Below, piece after piece: positions 27,418 to 38,900 of a stretch of 64,000 nt of DNA. The position numbers were made by a program, and so were the translations under genes. The notes under the pieces were generated by a model. The model made no database searches. It saw only the letters and a program-made list of their open reading frames with translations, and had not been told where the DNA came from. Every line of letters starts with the position of its first letter. The first letter of the stretch is position 1. Source of the DNA: a virus (taxonomy: Duplodnaviria; Caudoviricetes); IMG/VR virus record IMGVR_UViG_3300044852_000047, positions 10,058 to 74,057 of that record. The stretch is one strand, 5' to 3'.

Positions 27418-28591
27418 TACCACTCGCTCGTTCTTGGAATTGTCCGACGAAGACCTGATGAAGTTGCCGCCACCGGTATTTAACCCGGCGGAACCGATCA
27501 GTACAGCCACCACTGAGAAGTTAGTGGGGGCCGAGGAAGAAGTTGTACTCGACCCAGCCTCCGAAGTGGTAGATCCCGTGCCTGCCACGACTGATCCTGT
27601 TATTGAACAGGAAGAGGGCGAGGAGGGTAAACCTGCAATCGTTGCCGAGGTGGAAGATGGCCAAAACTCTGCTGCCACCGAGCCCGCGCCAGCAGGCAAG
27701 GATGGAAAGGAGCCCGTACCGGCCAAGGCCGATGCAGAAAAAGGTACTGAACCGGCTGCCGAAATCGACCACAAAGCTGAACTCGCCAAGATCATGGCCC
27801 CCTTCAAGGCCAACGGTCGTGACATGCAAGTTCGCAGCGCCGATGAAGCCGTTGCACTTATGCAAATGGGTGCAAACTACAACAAGAAGATGGCCGGACT
27901 TAAACCCCATCTTGCGCTTGTTAAACAATTGGAAAAAGCGGATCTACTCAGTAATGAGAAGATTGGCTTCCTGATTGACTTGCACAATAAGAACCCTGAA
28001 GCTATTGGTAAGTTGATCAAGGACAGTGGCATTGACCCACTTGATCTGAATGAAGAGAAAGTACAGGCCTACGTGCCAAATACTTACGCCATCAGTGACA
28101 AAGAGCAGGCGTTTGATGAAGTACTGGAATCCATCAAGGACACTCCGACTTATCAACGCACGCTGGACACTGTGGCCAATGAGTGGGACCAAGGCAGCAA
28201 GGCGCAATTAGGCGAACACCCTCAAGTGTTGAAGATCATCAATGACCACATGGCCAGTGGTATTTATGACCTGATCGCCGCTGAGGTGAATCACCAAAAA
28301 GCCTTGGGTAAGTTAGTGGGTGTTCCTGCACTCGCGGCGTACAACCAAATCGGCGACCAATTGAATGCGGCCGGCGCGTTTAACCACTTGAACAAAGTGG
28401 CAACAGAGCCTGCACCGATCAAGAAGGTTGTTGTAGCGGAAGCCGCCAAACCGAATCAGGCCGTGCAAGACCAACGTCGTGCCGCAAGCCCGACCCGAAC
28501 TTCCCCTGCCAAGAAAGTGGCCACTGACTTTAATCCGCTGAATATGTCGGATGACGAGTTCGCCAAACTTGGTAACCCCGCTCATATGTAA
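27410..28591 (+). CDS. N4 gp57-like protein (scaffold; often annotated tape measure)
   Basis: Acidic N-terminus, PFKANG, MQMGANYNKKM, C-terminal MSDDEF; directly before the capsid gene. Confidence 0.8.
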   Translation: MSDTTRSFLELSDEDLMKLPPPVFNPAEPISTATTEKLVGAEEEVVLDPASEVVDPVPATTDPVIEQEEGEEGKPAIVAEVEDGQNSAATEPAPAGKDGKEPVPAKADAEKGTEPAAEIDHKAELAKIMAPFKANGRDMQVRSADEAVALMQMGANYNKKMAGLKPHLALVKQLEKADLLSNEKIGFLIDLHNKNPEAIGKLIKDSGIDPLDLNEEKVQAYVPNTYAISDKEQAFDEVLESIKDTPTYQRTLDTVANEWDQGSKAQLGEHPQVLKIINDHMASGIYDLIAAEVNHQKALGKLVGVPALAAYNQIGDQLNAAGAFNHLNKVATEPAPIKKVVVAEAAKPNQAVQDQRRAASPTRTSPAKKVATDFNPLNMSDDEFAKLGNPAHM

Positions 28592-28603
28592 TTCGAGGTT
28601 TAT

Positions 28604-30004
28604 ATGGCTCAGCAGTATAACGATCCAAAAGGCGGCACTCAGGCGGCCATCGGTAACCAGGCGGTTGTCGAGTACTACCAGAAGCAGGCGCTGATCGAAG
28701 CCCGCAAGTTGCAGTTCTTCAGTCAACTGGCTGACGTGACTTCCATGCCGAAGAACATGGGCAAGGCAATCAAGCGGTTCCACTACATCCCGATGCTGGA
28801 TGACGCGAACATCAACGACCAGGGTATCGACGCTGCCGGCGCGGTGATCCTCAGCACCGGTTACTCGGTGACCCTGCCACGTCCAGTCCTGAGCTACGCC
28901 GTTGAAGCGGATGCGACCGCAGCCGCTGCGGCTATCAACGCCGTAGGTGCAGGTGTTGCGGTGAAGACCGGTGCAGTTACTCCGTGGACCGTGACCTGCT
29001 CCAAGGTTGCACTGGCAGCCGGTACCCAGGCTCAAGCGAACGCCATCGTGGCGGCGGTGCCGGGTTCTATCGCGCTGCAAGGTTCGGGCAACCTGTACGG
29101 CTCCTCGAAAGACATCGGCACCATCAGCGGCAAGATGCCGGTGCTGTCGGAAACCGGTGGTCGCGTCAACCGTGTGGGCTTCAAGCGTAAGGAAGTGACC
29201 GGTTCGCTGGAAAAGTTCGGCTTCTTCGACGAATACACCCAGGAATCTCTGGACTTCGACTCGGATGCTGACCTGGAACAGCACATCAACCGCGAGATGG
29301 TCAACGGCTCGATCGAGATCACCGAAGACCTGTTGCAAATCGACCTGCTGAACAGCGCGGGTGTGATTCGCTACGCCGGTTCGGCGGTGTCCAACGCCTC
29401 CATCGGTGCTACGTCGATCGTGTCTTACCAGGACCTGATGCACCTGAGCATCGATCTGGATAATAACCGTTCGCCGAAGTACACCAAGCAGATCACCGGT
29501 ACCCGCATGATCGACACCCGCACGATTCAAGGTGCGCGACTCATGTACATCGGCTCCGAGCTGCTGCCGACCCTGAAGGCGATGAAGGACCTGCACAACA
29601 ACCCGGCGTTCATCAGCGTCGAGAAGTACTCCGCCGGCGGTGAAACCTTCACCGGTGAAGTAGGTTCGATCGACCAGTTCCGCTTCATCGTGGTCCCGGA
29701 AATGATGAAGTGGGCGGGTGCCGGTGCAGATGCTACGGCTGACGCGGCGCACTACGAGACCAACAACCGTTTCGACGTGTTCCCGATGCTCACCATCGGC
29801 AGCGAGTCGTTCACCACCATTGGTTTCCAGACCGACGGCAAGACGGTCAAGTTCGTTATCACCCACGTCAAGCCAGGCCCGGAAGCCGCGTGCAAGACCG
29901 ACCCGTACGGCGAGACCGGCTTCATGTCGATCAAGTGGTACTACGGCTTCATGGCTCTGCGCCCTGAGCGTATCGGTCTGATCAAGACTGCTGCGTCCCT
30001 GTAA
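28604..30004 (+). CDS. Major capsid protein, N4-gp56 family, with internal insertion
   Basis: YYQKQALIEARK, GNLYGSSKDIG, GGRVNRVGF, DPYGETGFMSIKWYYGF. Confidence 0.95.
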   Translation: MAQQYNDPKGGTQAAIGNQAVVEYYQKQALIEARKLQFFSQLADVTSMPKNMGKAIKRFHYIPMLDDANINDQGIDAAGAVILSTGYSVTLPRPVLSYAVEADATAAAAAINAVGAGVAVKTGAVTPWTVTCSKVALAAGTQAQANAIVAAVPGSIALQGSGNLYGSSKDIGTISGKMPVLSETGGRVNRVGFKRKEVTGSLEKFGFFDEYTQESLDFDSDADLEQHINREMVNGSIEITEDLLQIDLLNSAGVIRYAGSAVSNASIGATSIVSYQDLMHLSIDLDNNRSPKYTKQITGTRMIDTRTIQGARLMYIGSELLPTLKAMKDLHNNPAFISVEKYSAGGETFTGEVGSIDQFRFIVVPEMMKWAGAGADATADAAHYETNNRFDVFPMLTIGSESFTTIGFQTDGKTVKFVITHVKPGPEAACKTDPYGETGFMSIKWYYGFMALRPERIGLIKTAASL

Positions 30005-30012
30005 CACCTCTT

Positions 30013-30040
30013 CAGCAGGGCGGGTCATACCGCCCTGTTG
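30013..30040 (+). terminator. Hairpin after the capsid gene
   Basis: CAGCAGGGCGG-GTCATA-CCGCCCTGTTG. Confidence 0.55.
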
Positions 30041-30069
30041 TCACTTTGCCCCCTTCAAGGAACACTCCC

Positions 30070-30663
30070 ATGATTGATGACAACCAAGAGCTGGAACAGG
30101 AAACCGCAGCAGCGCCGAGTGAACTGGATTCTCTCAAGGCCCGTGCTGACCTGATTGGTTTGAAGTACCACCCAAGCATTGGCGTGGACGCCCTGCGTGA
30201 AAAGCTGGCCATTGCCTTGTCCGATACTCCTGCTCCCACCGAATCGCTTAATCCGGTCGTCGATCCGTCGGCCCCGGACAGTAATGCCCCGGTTATCTCC
30301 GAACGCAAGCGTCTGCGTAACGAAGCGGCCAAGCTGGTGCGCGTACGCGTGACCTGCATGAACCCACTGAAGAAAGACTGGGAAGGCGAGATCTTCTGTG
30401 TCGGCAACGGCCAGATCGGCTCGTTCAAGAAGTTCGTGCCGTTCAACCTGGACGAGGGTTACCACATCCCGCACATCATCTACACCGAGATGAAAGCGCG
30501 CATGTACCAGGCCTTCGTCACCGAGAAGCACTCCAGTGGTCGTAAGGTCAAGGTCGGCAAGCTGATCCGCGAGTTCGGTATCGAAGTGCTGGAACCGCTG
30601 ACCGAAGTCGAGCTGAAAGAACTGGCGCAGCGCCAAGCCATGGCCAACGGTACCGCGAACTAA
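30070..30663 (+). CDS. N4 gp55-like protein
   Basis: LKARADLIGLKYHPSIG, KLVRVRVTCMNP; synteny. Confidence 0.8.
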   Translation: MIDDNQELEQETAAAPSELDSLKARADLIGLKYHPSIGVDALREKLAIALSDTPAPTESLNPVVDPSAPDSNAPVISERKRLRNEAAKLVRVRVTCMNPLKKDWEGEIFCVGNGQIGSFKKFVPFNLDEGYHIPHIIYTEMKARMYQAFVTEKHSSGRKVKVGKLIREFGIEVLEPLTEVELKELAQRQAMANGTAN

Positions 30664-30675
30664 GGGAGCACGGTC

Positions 30676-31563
30676 ATGACACTGAACATCAACCCGCTGA
30701 TGACAGCGGATTTGACTGAGGCCATACCTGCCGGTAACGGGGTGTTCGACACGCTGATGCGTGCGGCCAAAGGTCACCTGGAACAGGAATATGACCAGAA
30801 TCGCATTCGTGCGGCGGACTATTCCCAGGTCTACCTCGGTGCCATGACCGCTATCCTACAAAACTCGGTGATGTTCCTGCTGCAAAAAGACAAGGCCTCG
30901 CAAGATGCCTTGTTGATTCAGGAACAGATCAAGCTGGCCGTCCTGCAACAGGAGCTGTTGCAGAAGCAGATCGATCAGGCAGACAAGGATGCGGCCCTGA
31001 AAGCGGCGCAGACCCTAAAGGTCATCCAGGAAACGCATAACCTGGTCAATGCTGACCTTCAGACGATCGCCCAGACCGACACGATCAAGCAGCAGAAGCT
31101 TAACCTGATCACCGAAAACGCGACCATGGTCAAGCAACAGCTGAAGCTGGATGCCGACACCAACCTGGTCAAGCAGAACACGGCTAATGCGGTCATCGAA
31201 GGTGACAACCTGTCGAAACAGGGTTGCTTGCTGGCGGCGCAGTACGACCTGACCATGACCAACAACCTGCAAGCGGTGGCACAGACCACCTTGATCCAGC
31301 AGAAGACCGCGACTGAGAAAGCCCAGACCGTCGCCACCGGTGTGGACGACAACTCGGTAGTAGGCAAGCAGAAGTTGCTGTACGCAGCACAGACCAATGG
31401 TTTCACCCGCGACGCCGAGCAGAAAGCGGCCAAATTGCTGGTGGATACCTGGAACGTGCGGCGCACCACCGACGATGCGACGGTGGCGGACAACAACAAC
31501 ATGCTCAACGACGTGACCATTGGCCGCGCCGTGAACAAGGTCCTGCAAGGTGTGGGTGCGTAA
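30676..31563 (+). CDS. Virion structural protein (N4 gp54-like)
   Basis: GNGVFDTLMRA, YSQVYLG, coiled coil, FTRDAEQK. Confidence 0.8.
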   Translation: MTLNINPLMTADLTEAIPAGNGVFDTLMRAAKGHLEQEYDQNRIRAADYSQVYLGAMTAILQNSVMFLLQKDKASQDALLIQEQIKLAVLQQELLQKQIDQADKDAALKAAQTLKVIQETHNLVNADLQTIAQTDTIKQQKLNLITENATMVKQQLKLDADTNLVKQNTANAVIEGDNLSKQGCLLAAQYDLTMTNNLQAVAQTTLIQQKTATEKAQTVATGVDDNSVVGKQKLLYAAQTNGFTRDAEQKAAKLLVDTWNVRRTTDDATVADNNNMLNDVTIGRAVNKVLQGVGA

Positions 31564-31581
31564 GTACGCACGTAGGTAACC

Positions 31582-31607
31582 AAGGGCGCCACTGTGCGCC
31601 CTTTTTT
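31582..31607 (+). terminator. Intrinsic terminator
   Basis: AAGGGCGC-CACTGT-GCGCCCTT plus T tract. Confidence 0.8.
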
Positions 31608-31621
31608 AATGAGGGTGGGTC

Positions 31622-33901
31622 ATGGGCCTGTTCAGCAGCAAGAAGAAGACCTACGTCAACACCACGGTGCAGCCAGTGTTCACCGAGAACCAGATCCCCA
31701 ATTCGCTGAAGACCGGGGTGATCAAGGCGATCCTGCGCGACGGTAACGTGCCGGACTACCTGCTCGAAGAAACGGTCAACAGCATCAACATCCGCGCCGA
31801 TGCCGGCTGGAACTGGGCACGCTGGAACTACCTGTATGGCACGCCGAGCGCCAGTATCTCCGCCAGTGCCAGTGCCAAGAGCGTGGTCATGCACACCCTG
31901 GCCAGCTTGAACCGGGTACCGGTGACGCCGGATTACTACGTGTTCGGGCCAATGAACAGCCTTCACTTCGGTTGGCAGACGCTGGTCACTGACTACGCGT
32001 ACCAGCCGCAAACCAATGAACTGAAAGCGCTGTCGGCCAGTGTTGGTTACCCGTGCTACCTGAAAGACATGGTCGCCACCTACCGCCGCAGTATGTTCGA
32101 TGACGCGGTGCGCCACAGCGATACCGGCATCCTCAATCAATGGGGGCCGTCGCCTAGTTCGGGCTACCGTCCTTCGGCGCCGTTCAACCTGCTGACCGGC
32201 ATTGGCCAGTTCGCCGAGCACGCGGTGTATGAAGTGTCGGACACGGTGACCGATGACTACATCACCCTGACCTACGAGTTCAAGGACAACCAGGGGCAGA
32301 TCATCAGTCGTGGCCTGACCGTGTCGATGGGCACGCTCGACCTCGATGCAGACTACCACCAGGTGCGGTATGTCCGTGGCGATGGCTTCATTGGCTTCTT
32401 CACCTACCTCGACGGTAGCGGCGAATATCCAGAGATCGACGGTGTGCAGCACACCCCGTTCCAGGAACTGGGCACCTACTACCCTTGGACCTACCTGCGT
32501 CTAAACGACGAGAACATGGGCGCTGATTACAAGCACCAGGACCAGTCGTATAAGGACTCGGTGAAGTGGTGCAAGTACCTCGGGGTGGATTACCAGACCC
32601 TGAGTGATGCGGTGCAGGCTGACCCTGGGGTAGACGATGTCGAGCAGGCCATCATGATGTTTGGCGTGGACGCCAACGGCCAGAGTCAGGCCGAACTGGA
32701 CTACCTGTTCGAGTACTTCAGTCTGCTGCACCAGAACAGCGTGCAGGCACTGGAGACCTCCGACCAGTTCAATGCCTACAGCAGCAGCCCGGGCCAAGCC
32801 CAGGTGATTCGTGATTCGTCGTTCCAGATGACCCTGACCCATGCCGGGATTCAGTTCAAACGCACCGCCGGCTATATAGGCAAGGTTGGCTTCTGTAGCG
32901 GAGAACTGCTGGCGGAAACCAGTGAAGTGACTTATCAGCGGGTCAACAGTAAAGACGAGGCTCCGGGGCCGGCTACACAGACTGTGGTCACGCCGTACTA
33001 CCAGTACCGCAAGCAGGTAAAGGGTGGCTTCTACGAAGAAGTTAGGGTGTACAACCCGTCACTGTCCTACCAGATCACCGACAACTATGGTCACTCCGCC
33101 GGTGCAGGGGACAAGGAACTGCTGATCCCGGTGGATCGCGCTGTGGTGGCAAGCATGAGCTTCCGTCTGCGTGAGCAGGTGCTGGCTCGCTCACTACACA
33201 TCGTGGTCAACACCAAGGTGGTAGTGAAGACCCCGTGGTACGCCAGCACCTGGTTCAAGGTGGTGCTGATCATCATTGCCATTGCCATCGCGATCGTCTC
33301 GGTAGGCGGTGCCTCGGGGATCTCGGCAGCCATTGCCACGGCCACGGTGACGTCGGTGACAATTGCCGTGGTGGAAATGATCGTGATCAACCTGGCGGTT
33401 AGCTATGGCTTGAAGCTGTTCGTCAAGGCGTTCGGCCCGGAGGCCGGGTTGATTGCCGCCATTGCCTTGATAGCCGTCGGTGGTTACTACGCCACCACGA
33501 CTGATACCACCGCCAGTTTGAGTGAAGTGTGGGGCGAACGCTTGTTGTCGGCCGGCAGTAACTTGGCGCAAGTGTCGACCACCGAGTACGGCTCTATGGT
33601 CAGCGATATTCAACAAGAGATGCTGGACTTCCAGGACTACGCCAAGGGCGAGTTTGATAGTCTGAAAGAGCACCGTGAACAATTAGGGTTGGACAAGTCT
33701 ACTACTGCCCTGGACTTCGTCAGTTATGCGCCAATGATTGTCTTTGGAGAGTCGCCCAATGATCTTTATACCCGCACAGTACACTCGGGTAACATAGGCG
33801 TGGTGAGTTACGACATGGTCAGTAACTTCGTCGGCACGTCCTTGACGCTGCCGACGCTTAATCAAACTGAAGAGGGCTTTAAAGATGGCTGGACTGTTTG
33901 A
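31622..33901 (+). CDS. Virion protein with hydrophobic segments (N4 gp53-like)
   Basis: MGLFSSKKKTYV start; TM-like stretch after PWYASTWFK; synteny. Confidence 0.8.
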   Translation: MGLFSSKKKTYVNTTVQPVFTENQIPNSLKTGVIKAILRDGNVPDYLLEETVNSINIRADAGWNWARWNYLYGTPSASISASASAKSVVMHTLASLNRVPVTPDYYVFGPMNSLHFGWQTLVTDYAYQPQTNELKALSASVGYPCYLKDMVATYRRSMFDDAVRHSDTGILNQWGPSPSSGYRPSAPFNLLTGIGQFAEHAVYEVSDTVTDDYITLTYEFKDNQGQIISRGLTVSMGTLDLDADYHQVRYVRGDGFIGFFTYLDGSGEYPEIDGVQHTPFQELGTYYPWTYLRLNDENMGADYKHQDQSYKDSVKWCKYLGVDYQTLSDAVQADPGVDDVEQAIMMFGVDANGQSQAELDYLFEYFSLLHQNSVQALETSDQFNAYSSSPGQAQVIRDSSFQMTLTHAGIQFKRTAGYIGKVGFCSGELLAETSEVTYQRVNSKDEAPGPATQTVVTPYYQYRKQVKGGFYEEVRVYNPSLSYQITDNYGHSAGAGDKELLIPVDRAVVASMSFRLREQVLARSLHIVVNTKVVVKTPWYASTWFKVVLIIIAIAIAIVSVGGASGISAAIATATVTSVTIAVVEMIVINLAVSYGLKLFVKAFGPEAGLIAAIALIAVGGYYATTTDTTASLSEVWGERLLSAGSNLAQVSTTEYGSMVSDIQQEMLDFQDYAKGEFDSLKEHREQLGLDKSTTALDFVSYAPMIVFGESPNDLYTRTVHSGNIGVVSYDMVSNFVGTSLTLPTLNQTEEGFKDGWTV

Positions 33902-34340
33902 TAACAACTACGGGATGGACTTATCCAGCCTCGGTAGTTATGGCAACAGTAATAACATGGCTGCGCCCAGTGTTTCGTCTTCCCCCGTCGCAAGTAACAA
34001 CCCTGTCGGGGGTGATTGGACCAGCGTACTGAAGAACTTGCTAAGTGGTGCACTAAACCAAAGTTCTACCACTAACGGGATTACCACCCAGTCTCAGGGC
34101 TGGGCAGCGCCCGCAGTTGCTGGTGCCGGTGCTTTGCTCAATGGCTTCCTCGGTATGCAGCAGTACGGCCTGGCCCAGGATGCACAGAAGGAGCAGACCC
34201 GGCAGTTCAACGCGAACTTCCAGAACCAACGCAGCCTGACCAACACTCAGCTGGAAGACCGTCAGCGGGCACGCGTCGCGGCCGGCGGTAATGGTGCCTA
34301 CCAGTCGGTATCCGACTACATGACCAAAAACGGGGTATAA
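33885..34340 (+). CDS. Small internal/ejection protein (N4 gp52-like)
   Basis: Gly/Ser/Asn-rich; TNTQLEDRQRARVAA...YQSVSDYM. Confidence 0.75.
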   Translation: MAGLFDNNYGMDLSSLGSYGNSNNMAAPSVSSSPVASNNPVGGDWTSVLKNLLSGALNQSSTTNGITTQSQGWAAPAVAGAGALLNGFLGMQQYGLAQDAQKEQTRQFNANFQNQRSLTNTQLEDRQRARVAAGGNGAYQSVSDYMTKNGV

Positions 34341-34343
34341 ACC

Positions 34344-35963
34344 ATGGCGACGCCGATCACCTGGCGCAACATCAATTCGGACCCGACTCTCGGTGCGAGC
34401 CGTGCCCTGTCCGGTGCACAGCAGTCCGTACAGGACGTCAGTAAAAGCCTGATGGGGATCATTGATTCCGGTAACCAGCTCCAGGCGGATAACCGCGCCG
34501 CCATGATCAAAGGCAACACGCAGAACTTCCTAGATCAGGTGGCGGGTAAGTCCGCCACCGATCTGGCTGATCCGGCGGTACAGGCGCAACTGGCGGCACA
34601 GCGTCAATCCATGGCTTCAGCCGGTTTGATCGATCAGGCCGCGACCCGTAATGCCACGGTGGATCAGGGTGCGCTGTTGCAAAAAGCAGCCATGCAAACC
34701 ATGGAGTTCAACGACAAGTCGCAGACCGTGTCAGACCGTCCGGCCGAGCAGCAGGTAGCCCAACTGGTGGCTAACAAGGATTTCACCGGGGCGAAGCAGC
34801 TGATTGACCAGAACCACTTCTTGAACGCTCCCAGCCTGTACGACTCGCTGACCCAAGCCCAACGTGCGGCCACCGGTGATGCGTACAAAGCACAGGATCA
34901 AGTATGGCAGGGGCAGAATCACGCACTCAGCATGGCTCAAGGTAATCAGAGCATGGACTTTGCTCGTCGCAACCAAGCGTACGCCGATACTGTTCATGCG
35001 CAGGGAATCAAGGAGATCAACGACAGCAATGCCGCAGATGCCGTGGTACGTCAACTGGATGAAGCCTATAGCACTGGACAGAAGCAACAGGCGACAGCGG
35101 TCAATGCCATTGCCGATAAGTTACAGCTGCCGCGGGACCCCACCACCGGGGAGATTGCCTATGACAAGTTGTCGAACGACCAGGCGCAAACCATCAAGGA
35201 CACCTTGAAGGCGCAGGGACTGGACCAGAATTATTCTGCCACTAGTCGTAATGCCACGGCACACGAACTGACCAAGGATCTGCCGGTGGCGATCCAGAAG
35301 CAGGTGCAGGACAAAGCCTCTATTCTAGACGCCTTCGATGCAGTGGCCCCAGCCGACCAGCCGCGTATGCAATCCTACGTGCAGCAGGCCACCAAGCAGG
35401 CCACCTCGGACCTGACCATGTTGCAGATCCAGGAGGAGAAGGACAAACGCAATAACGTCTGGTTGAACACGTCGGCAGACCCTGAAAAGGATGCCATGGG
35501 TATTGTTGATGGCTTCATCAGCAAGCAGAAGGATCGCCCGACTGACGCCAACCAGCGCAAGTTAATTGAGGGGGCTACCAATGCACTGCGTAGTGGCATC
35601 AAGGTAAATATCGACGGCGAAGACAAGTTGGTACAAGTGCCCCCCTCGATGTTGGCCAATGCCTTGGATGCTGTGGGTTATGACCAAGCGGCTAGTATGC
35701 TGTCTTACGGTAGTTTTAAACCGGATGAAATTGGTAATTACATCAAGGACCAGTTAGTCAATAACCCGGATATGCTGGCGCAAATGAAAGCGGCACCGCA
35801 ACTAGCCGGGGCGTATGCCAAAGGAAAGATTCAACTCAGTCGCAAGATTGAAGCGGATACAACGGACGCCGTTAATACATTCAAACAACAAAATGGCATC
35901 ACGCCTAATTCGTCGAGTATCATCGACCGTATTAACCGCGCCGCCAAGGAATCGAAACAGTGA
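34344..35963 (+). CDS. Internal/ejection protein (N4 gp51-like)
   Basis: MATPITWRNI start; Ala/Gln-rich; directly before vRNAP. Confidence 0.75.
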   Translation: MATPITWRNINSDPTLGASRALSGAQQSVQDVSKSLMGIIDSGNQLQADNRAAMIKGNTQNFLDQVAGKSATDLADPAVQAQLAAQRQSMASAGLIDQAATRNATVDQGALLQKAAMQTMEFNDKSQTVSDRPAEQQVAQLVANKDFTGAKQLIDQNHFLNAPSLYDSLTQAQRAATGDAYKAQDQVWQGQNHALSMAQGNQSMDFARRNQAYADTVHAQGIKEINDSNAADAVVRQLDEAYSTGQKQQATAVNAIADKLQLPRDPTTGEIAYDKLSNDQAQTIKDTLKAQGLDQNYSATSRNATAHELTKDLPVAIQKQVQDKASILDAFDAVAPADQPRMQSYVQQATKQATSDLTMLQIQEEKDKRNNVWLNTSADPEKDAMGIVDGFISKQKDRPTDANQRKLIEGATNALRSGIKVNIDGEDKLVQVPPSMLANALDAVGYDQAASMLSYGSFKPDEIGNYIKDQLVNNPDMLAQMKAAPQLAGAYAKGKIQLSRKIEADTTDAVNTFKQQNGITPNSSSIIDRINRAAKESKQ

Positions 35964-38900
35964 GTGAATTTGACCTCAATGCTTACTTGTCCCGTCCCAC
36001 TGCGCCTCCTAGTGAGGGTAATGGAACTTCAGAGTTTGATCTGAACAGTTATTTAAAGCGGGATAAGTTGGCGGGGGTCACTCCGTTTAAAACCATCAAC
36101 CTGGATCAGGCAGTAGCCCGAGCCCAGCGCAATGTGGAACAGTCCCTGGTGGGTCACCTGGGGCTGGACCCTAATTCCATTACTGGTCAGGCAGTCAACG
36201 GCGCGGTGTCGTTTGCTTCTGGTACCAGCCGCGTGGCCGGTAACCTGCTGACCCTGCCGCTGGACGTATTGTCTGGGCTGGCACAAGGTTCGGTCCCTAA
36301 TGACGTCATTGATGCCTACTCGCGTTACACCGAGCGGCAGAACAACCCTAATCCCGATCCAACAGCCATCTCGACCGACAGCCCGGAACAGGCAGCGGCC
36401 GATTTGGCCCTGCTCAACGGTACTGCGCAAGGCGACAGCGGTGAAGCCGGTGCCCCGCAAACCTACTTGGCTCGCCTGCAAAGCGCGGACAAGGTTCGCC
36501 AGATGGCCAAGGCGGTGGATGATCAGTTCAACATCGACCGTACAGTAGATACCACTCGCCGCGACGTCTTCTCGGATGACCTGAAAGCCGCCACCGCCAA
36601 TGGTGTGGCGGATCTGCGTCAAGCCGCACATGACTGGAACTACGGGGATACCCCGGGCGAGACCGCCTCGGCCTTGAAGAACGGGATCTTCGGCACGGCC
36701 AGGACCGTGGGTAATGCGCTGGCGACGATCGCTACACATCCGGCCGCCATTGCCGAGTACACCGCAGAGAACATTCCGCAGCTGGCCATGGCCGCCAAAA
36801 GCGCCACGGCAATGGCCTTGAGCAATGCTGGTTATGGTTTCGACAACTACCGCCAAGGCATCACCGATTACCAGAAAGAAAACGATGGGATGCAGCCGAC
36901 CTCAGCGGATCGCCTGAAGATGGGCCTGTTCTCGGCCAGCGCCGCGTTGGCGGAAAACGTCGGTGAATCCAACCTGGTCAAAGGCCTGATGGGCCATTCC
37001 AGCAGCAATATCGTGAAGGCGGTGGGTAAGGGCGCTGCCACCGAAGGGGCGACCGAGACTTACCAGTCCTACGCGGAAGGGCAAGGCTCGCTGCAACCGG
37101 CCAGTCTGGAGTCCATTGTGGAAGGTGGCACCATCGGCGCAGCCGTCGGCGGCACCATTCATGCCGTAGGGCATGGTAACCACGGCGAGGCCACGGCGCA
37201 GGTTGAGCAGAACAAGGCGGTGGAAGACGCCTTCTCCAAAGCGGTGGAGACGGGTGACGTCACGCCTTTGACAGACACTACCAGTCCAACCTACGCCCCT
37301 GAGCGTGCGGTACAGGCACTTCATGCTGCCGTGCTGGCGCCGGATGCGACCGAAGAGGTCAAGCAAGCCAGCCTGAAACAGGCCGATGTGATTCAGGCGG
37401 ATCTGCACCAGCAGATCAAGGACATCAAGGACACCCAGACCCTCTATTCGCCGGATATGCAGGCGAACATGCAGGAAAAGATCGCTGAGAAGCAGGACCT
37501 GTTGAAAACAGCGCCGGCTGATGAGCAGGTCACCTTGCAACAGCAGATCCGTTCCTACGAGAACACGCTCGATACGGCACGCAACTACGACCCTGCGGCA
37601 GACAACGCCAAGCTAGAGCAGTTGACCCAGCAGCAAGAAGCCACCAGTGCTGCGGTGCAGCAGTTGCACATCGATGCCAGCCCCGAGACCGGGCAAGTGG
37701 AATCCCTGGTTTCACAGGTCAACGCTCCCGCCGCCGAGGACAACAAGGCCGCCGCTGAACAGCTGATGACCTTGACCATGTCCAACCCGGAGAGCCTGAG
37801 CCCGGAGCACATCAACAGTCTGCTGGACAACCCCGACAACCAGTTGACCCCGGAGCAACGGGACTCGCTGCGCGCCTTCAATGAAGCGCAAGTGGCGACC
37901 AATACGCTGAAAAGTAAAGACGCGGTCAGCACTGACATCTTCACCGGCGGGGAAGGGTTCAAGGGCCTGGACGAATATCGTTCACGGTTCCGTACCGCCA
38001 TGAGCACCGGCAACCCGGCACTGGCGCAGTCTGAAGTGACGCAGCTGCAAGCGTTTGCCGCCAGTCGTGAGCAAAAAGCTCAGGTACTGGCCGATGCCTA
38101 CAACCAGGTCAAGGGCACGGCGGACAGTCTGCAAGTGGTCAAGACTGATAATGGCTGGGAGATCCAGCCGCCTACCATGAGTAAACGCCAACTTCGTGCG
38201 AACGGTGGTCTGTTCGTCGATCGGACCACCTTTGCCATCCGTGACGCGGTCCAGCTGGAAGCCAAGGCACTGAGCAAGACTGCTGATTCCATGGCTTCGC
38301 TGTTGCCATCGATCAAAGCCGCCGCACCGGTTACTCAAGCCAGTGCCCCGGCAACCACGTCCGCAGATACGCAATTACGTTCGTACATAAGCACGCCAGT
38401 AACCACCGACACCGCTACGCAGGCTACGTCGGAACAAGCACCGGTATCTGACAATGCAGCGCCGGTCTCGGATAACCTGAGTACGCCTGTTACCCCCGAA
38501 GCGGCGGCGGAGCCTGCCAAAGAAGACGGTACGCTGGACGTGATCAAGAACACGCCCAAGGTCGAGGACACTGGTGTCGCCCCGGGCGAGTACACCAAGG
38601 GCAGCATGATTGGCAAGTTCTTCACCCAGCAAGCCAAAGGCGCCAAGGATGCAACGGCGCGTCCGCTGGTCGCGATGAAGGACTTCATCAGCAAGCTGAA
38701 GAACGATCGGGCGGTGGCCCAGTTGTTCATGGAAGACCGTGCGCCCCTGTCTCCGGCACAGGAACAGGCTGTGCAAGGCTTCCTTCAGTTTGCCGCCAAG
38801 GCCTTCCCGCACATCGAGAAGAACGTCAGCCGCAAGCTCAAGGGCGAGCAGTATCAATGGCAGGACTACGCCCAGCAGTTGTTGCAGGCGGACGGTACCC

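Noticed and set aside
28313-30028. 571-aa minus-strand ORF
   Set aside because: Shadow of the major capsid gene.
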